This document shows positions 58,101 to 64,000 of a stretch of 64,000 nt of DNA, piece by piece. This stretch comes from Chrysomallon squamiferum (Eukaryota > Animalia > Mollusca), in assembly GCA_012295275.1 (NCBI GenBank), contig CM022678.1, positions 682,001 through 746,000 of the forward strand, in the 5' to 3' direction. The position numbers and the translations under genes were made by a program. The stretch's first letter is position 1, and each line of letters begins with the position of its first letter. The notes beneath the pieces are model-generated. The model was not told the DNA's origin, ran no database searches, and saw only the letters and a program-made list of their open reading frames with translations.

Positions 58101-61100
58101 ACACGTGTCAATACTAACACGTGTCAATACTAACACTGTCAATACTAACACGTGTCAATACTAACACGTGTCAACACTAACACTAACACTGTCAATACTA
58201 ACACGTGTCAATACTAACACTGTCAATACTAACACGTGTCAATACTAACACTGTCAATACTAACACGTGTCAATACTAACACTGTGTCAAACACTGTCAA
58301 TACTAACACTGTAAATACTAACACGTGTCAATACTAACACGTGTCAATACTAACACGTGTCAATACTAACACTGTCAATACTAACACGTGTCAATACTAA
58401 CACTGTCAATACTAACACGTGTCAATACTAACACTGTCAATACTAACACTGTCAATACTAACACTGTCAATACTAACACGTGTCAAACACTAACACTGTC
58501 AATACTAACACGTGTCAATACTAACACTGTCAACACTAACACTGTCAATACTAACACGTGTCAATACTAACACTGTCAATACTAACACTGTCAATACTAA
58601 CACTGTCAATACTAACACTGTCAATACTAACACGTGTCAATACTAACACTGTCAATACTAACACGTGTCAATACTAACACGTGTCAATACTAACACGTGT
58701 CAATACTAACACTGTCAATACTAACACTGTCAATACTAACACTGTCAATACTAACACGTCAATCAATACTAACACTGTCAATACTAACACTGTCAATACT
58801 AACACGTGTCAATACTAACACTGTCAATACTAACACTGTCAATACTAACACGTCAATACTAACACTGTCAATACTAACACTGTCAATACTAACACTGTCA
58901 ATAATAACAACACTGTCAATACTAACACGTGTCAATACTAACACTGTCAATACTAACACTGTCAATACTAACACTGTCAATACTAACACTGTCAATACTA
59001 ACACTGTCAATACTAAATACTAACACTGTCAATACTAACACTGTCAATACTAACACTGTCAATACTAACACTGTCAAATACTAACACTGTCAATACTAAC
59101 ACTGTCAATACTAACACTGTCAATACTAACACTGTCAATACTAACACTGTCAATACTAACACTGTCAATACTAACACTGTCAATACTAACACTGTCAATA
59201 CTAACACTGTCAATACTAACACTGTCAATACTAACACTGTCAATACTAACACTGTCAATACTAACACTGTCAATACTAACACTGTCAATACTAACACTGT
59301 CAATACTAACACTGTCAATACTAACACTGTCAATACTAACACGTGTCAATACTAACACGTGTCAATACTAACACTGTCAATACTAACACTGTCAATACTA
59401 ACACGTGTCAATACTAACACTGTCAATACTAACACTGTCAATACTAACACTGTCAATACTAACACGTGTCAATACTAACACTGTCAATACTAACACTGTC
59501 AATACTAACACTGTCAATACTAACACTGTCAATACTAACACTGTCAATACTAACACTGTCAATACTAACACGTGTCAATACTAACACTGTCAATACTAAC
59601 ACTGTCAATACTAACACTGTCAATACTAACACTGTCAATACTAACACTGTCAATACTAACACTGTCAATACTAACACTGTCAATACTAACACTGTCAATA
59701 CTAACACTGTCAATACTAACACGTGTCAATACTAACACTGTCAATACTAACACTGTCAATACTAACACTGTCAATACTAACACTGTCAATACTAACACTG
59801 TCAATACTAACACTGTCAATACTAACACTGTCAATACTAACACGTGTCAATACTAACACTGTCAATACTAACACTGTCAATACTAACACTGTCAATACTA
59901 ACACTGTCAATACTAACACTGTCAATACTAACACTGTCAATACTAACACTGTCAATACTAACACTGTCAATACTAACACGTCAAATACTAACACTGTCAA
60001 TACTAACACTGTCAATACTAACACTGTCAATACTAACACTGTCAATACTAACACTGTCAATACTAACACTGTCAATACTAACACTGTCAATACTAACACT
60101 GTCAATACTAACACTGTCAATACTAACACTGTCAATACTAACACGTGTCAATACTAACACTGTCAATACTAACACGTGTCAATACTAACACTGTCAATAC
60201 TAACACTGTCAATACTAACACTGTCAATACTAACACGTGTCAATACTAACACTGTCAATACTAACACTGTCAATACTAACACTGTCAATACTAACACTGT
60301 CAATACTAACACGTGTCAATACTAACACTGTCAATACTAACACTGTCAATACTAACACTGTCAATACTAACACGTGTCAATACTAACACTGTCAATACTA
60401 ACACTGTCAATACTAACACTGTCAATACTAACACTGTCAATACTAACACTGTCAATACTAACACGTGTCAATACTAACACTGTCAATACTAACACTGTCA
60501 ATACTAACACTGTCAATACTAACACGTGTCAATACTAACACTGTCAATACTAACACTGTCAATACTAACACTGTCAATACTAACACTGTCAATACTAACA
60601 CTGTCAATACTAACACGTGTCAATACTAACACTGTCAATACTAACACTGTCAATACTAACACTGTCAATACTAACACTGTCAATACTAACACGTGTCAAT
60701 ACTAACACGTGTCAATACTAACACGTGTCAATACTAACACGTGTCAATACTAACACGTGTCAATACTAACACTGTCAATACTAACACTGTCAATACTAAC
60801 ACGTGTCAATACTAACACGTGTCAATACTAACACTGTCAATACTAACACTGTCAATACTAACACGTGTCAATACTAACACGTGTCAATACTAACACGTGT
60901 CAATACTAACACTGTCAATACTAACACGTGTCAATACTAACACGTGTCAATACTAACACTGTCAATACTAACACTGTCAATACTAACACGTGTCAATACT
61001 AACACGTGTCAATACTAACACGTGTCAATACTAACACGTGTCAATACTAACACTGTCAATACTAACACTGTCAATACTAACACGTGTCAATACTAACACG

Positions 61101-63291
61101 TGTCAATACTAACACTGTCAATACTAACACGTGTCAATACTAACACTGTCAATACTAACACGTGTCAATACTAACACTGTCAATACTAACACTGTCAATA
61201 CTAACACTGTCAATACTAACACTGTCAATACTAACACTGTCAATACTAACACTGTCAATACTAACACTGTCAATACTAACACTGTCAATACTAACACTGT
61301 CAATACTAACACGTGTCAATACTAACACGTGTCAATACTAACACTGTCAATACTAACACTGTCAATACTAACACGTGTCAATACTAACACGTGTCAATAC
61401 TAACACTGTCAATACTAACACTGTCAATACTAACACGTGTCAATACTAACACGTGTCAATACTAACACGTGTCAATACTAACACTGTCAATACTAACACT
61501 GTCAATACTAACACTGTCAATACTACACTGTCAATACTAACACTGTCAATACTAACACTGTCAATACTAACACTGTCAATACTAACACTGTCAATACTAA
61601 CACTGTCAATACTAACACGTGTCAATACTAACACTGTCAATACTAACACTGTCAATACTAACACTGTCAATACTAACACTGTCAATACTAACACTGTCAA
61701 TACTAACACTGTCAATACTAACACGTGTCAATACTAACACGTGTCAATACTAACACGTCAATACAACACTGTCAATACTAACACTGTCAATACTAACACT
61801 GTCAATACTAACACTGTCAATACTAACACTGTCAATACTAACACGTGTCAATACTAACACTGTCAATACTAACACTGTCAATACTAACACTGTCAATACT
61901 AACACGTGTCAATACTAACACTGTCAATACTAACACTGTCAATACTAACACTGTCAATACTAACACTGTCAATACTAACACTGTCAATACTAACACTGTC
62001 AATACTAACACTGTCAATACTAACACTGTCAATACTAACACTGTCAATACTAACACTGTCAATACTAACACTGTCAATACTAACACTGTCAATACTAACA
62101 CTGTCAATACTAACACTGTCAATACTAACACTGTCAATACTAACACTGTCAATACTAACACGTGTCAATACTAACACTGTCAATACTAACACTGTCAATA
62201 CTAACACTGTCAATACTAACACTGTCAATACTAACACTGTCAATACTAACACTGTCAATACTAACACGTGTCAATACTAACACTGTCAATACTAACACTG
62301 TCAATACTAACACTGTCAATACTAACACTGTCAATACTAACACTGTCAATACTAACACTGTCAATACTAACACTGTCAATACTAACACTGTCAATACTAA
62401 CACTGTCAATACTAACACTGTCAATACTAACACTGTCAATACTAACACTGTCAATACTAACACTGTCAATACTAACACTGTCAATACTAACACTGTCAAT
62501 ACTAACACGTGTCAATACTAACACTGTCAATACTAACACTGTCAATACTAACACTGTCAATACTAACACTGTCAATACTAACACTGTCAATACTAACACT
62601 GTCAATACTAACACTGTCAATACTAACACTGTCAATACTAACACTGTCAATACTAAACACTGTCAACTAACACTGTCAATACTAACACTGTCAATACTAA
62701 CACTGTCAATACTAACACTGTCAATACTAACACTGTCAATACTAACACTGTCAATACTAACACTGTCAATACTAACACTGTCAATACTAACACTGTCAAT
62801 ACTAACACTGTCAATACTAACACTGTCAATACTAACACTGTCAATACTAACACTGTCAATACTAACAACACTGTCAATACTAACACTGTCAATACTAACA
62901 CTGTCAATACAACACTGTCAATACTAACACTGTCAATACTAACACTGTCAATACTAACACTGTCAATACTAACACTGTCAATACTAACACGTGTCAATAC
63001 TAACACTGTCAATACTAACACTGTCAATACTAACACTGTCAATACTAACACTGTCAATACTAACACTGTCAATACTAACACTGTCAATACTAACACTGTC
63101 AATACTAACACTGTCAATACTAACACTGTCAATACTAACACGTGTCAATACTAACACTGTCAATACTAACACTGTCAATACTAACACGTGTCAATACTAA
63201 CACTGTCAATACTAACACGTGTCAATACTAACACTGTCAATACTAACACTGTCAATACTAACACGATTATGCTTAGCTGTGTGTGTCTGTT

Positions 63292-63326
<35 letters not shown>

Positions 63327-63709
63327 TTGTGTGTCTGTTTCTCTGCCTGTTTACGTGCGGATGTTTAAATGTGCACATTTCGGCACAGACTGTGTTTGAA
63401 TTTCTGGTGTCTATGTTGTATGGGGGTTTAATCTATGTATGTGTTTTTGTGTATATAATGTATATTTATTTTATATCTAATAATATATACGCGCGTGCAT
63501 GTGAATTTACAAGTATTAAAATGCTGATGTCTACCAGAATGTACACCAATGCGCATCTCGACTTGTTTATCAGGGATGTGTCTGATCTTAAACTTGAGAA
63601 TTCCTTTCAACATGGCCAGTGACATCCGGGCTATTTCTCTCGCGTGGTTGTTTCCGTTTCTGACCGGAAGTCCGGACACGACCATGTACGCATCGCCGAT
63701 TGTCTCCAC
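54714..63709 (-). CDS. Guanylyl cyclase paralog 2, 3-prime part only (exons 63535-63709, 55575-55673, 55293-55384, 54714-54800); rest lies beyond the right edge
   Basis: Same exon sizes (175, 99, 92 nt) and phases as rGC1; [75 protein letters not shown]...VTSV*. Confidence 0.93.
55293..55384 (-). CDS. rGC2 penultimate exon
   Basis: [31 protein letters not shown]. Confidence 0.93.
55575..55673 (-). CDS. rGC2 cyclase exon ([13 protein letters not shown])
   Basis: TTTCAG / GTGAGT. Confidence 0.95.
55699..63265. repeat. ~7.6-kb intronic satellite of 15-bp (ACACTGTCAATACTA) and 16-bp (ACACGTGTCAATACTA) units, roughly 490 copies
   Basis: Direct; copy number estimated as length divided by unit size. 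Confidence 0.98.
63535..63709 (-). CDS. rGC2 cyclase exon (VETIGDAY...RIGVHS)
   Basis: AATCAG / GTAGAC. Confidence 0.95.
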
Positions 63710-64000
63710 CTGATTGATTCGAGTACAAACGGACTCTGATTAGAAGTAGCATTAACAATGACAGGTAACACAACTAATCAAATATTTCATCTGATAATTA
63801 AACAGAAATCTGTTTACAGCTATCACAGTGTGAGCGATGTTTACAACTGACAAATGTCTGTGAATTGCTGTGACTGATTAAAGAGAGGATGGCTGAAACG
63901 TGTACGTGGTTATTTTTAACAACTTTACAGAAAGACAAAGAGTAAAGGTAACAAATGACAGAAGAGAAGATGATGTTGATATCACAATAAGATTTGTTTG

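Noticed and set aside
55699-63265. CRISPR-like array, or repetitive proteins (SILTL/VNTNT/VSIDS ORFs)
   Set aside because: No unique spacers and no cas genes; eukaryotic intron; frames break at each 16-bp unit.

Overview
AT-rich, microsatellite-dense eukaryotic genomic DNA from an animal, most likely a lophotrochozoan or mollusc (inferred from gene families and repeat landscape). It contains: (1) two paralogous single-coding-exon class A GPCRs on + (14308-15720, 26305-27564); (2) a 4-coding-exon gene on - (29496-32545, 347 aa by hand splicing) encoding an uncharacterised alpha/alpha-toroid, prenyltransferase/terpene-cyclase-like protein of bacterial appearance; (3) a complete 23-exon natriuretic-peptide-receptor-type receptor guanylyl cyclase on - (35200-52075, 1043 aa); (4) the last four exons of a tandem paralogous guanylyl cyclase (54714-63709), one intron of which holds a ~7.6 kb 15/16-bp satellite; (5) two identical intron-containing elongator tRNA-Met(CAT) genes in an inverted ~280-bp duplicated cassette; and many mini- and microsatellites. 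Most ORFs in the supplied track are repeat artefacts. Exon boundaries were read by hand from GT/AG sites and frame continuity; no database searches were run.
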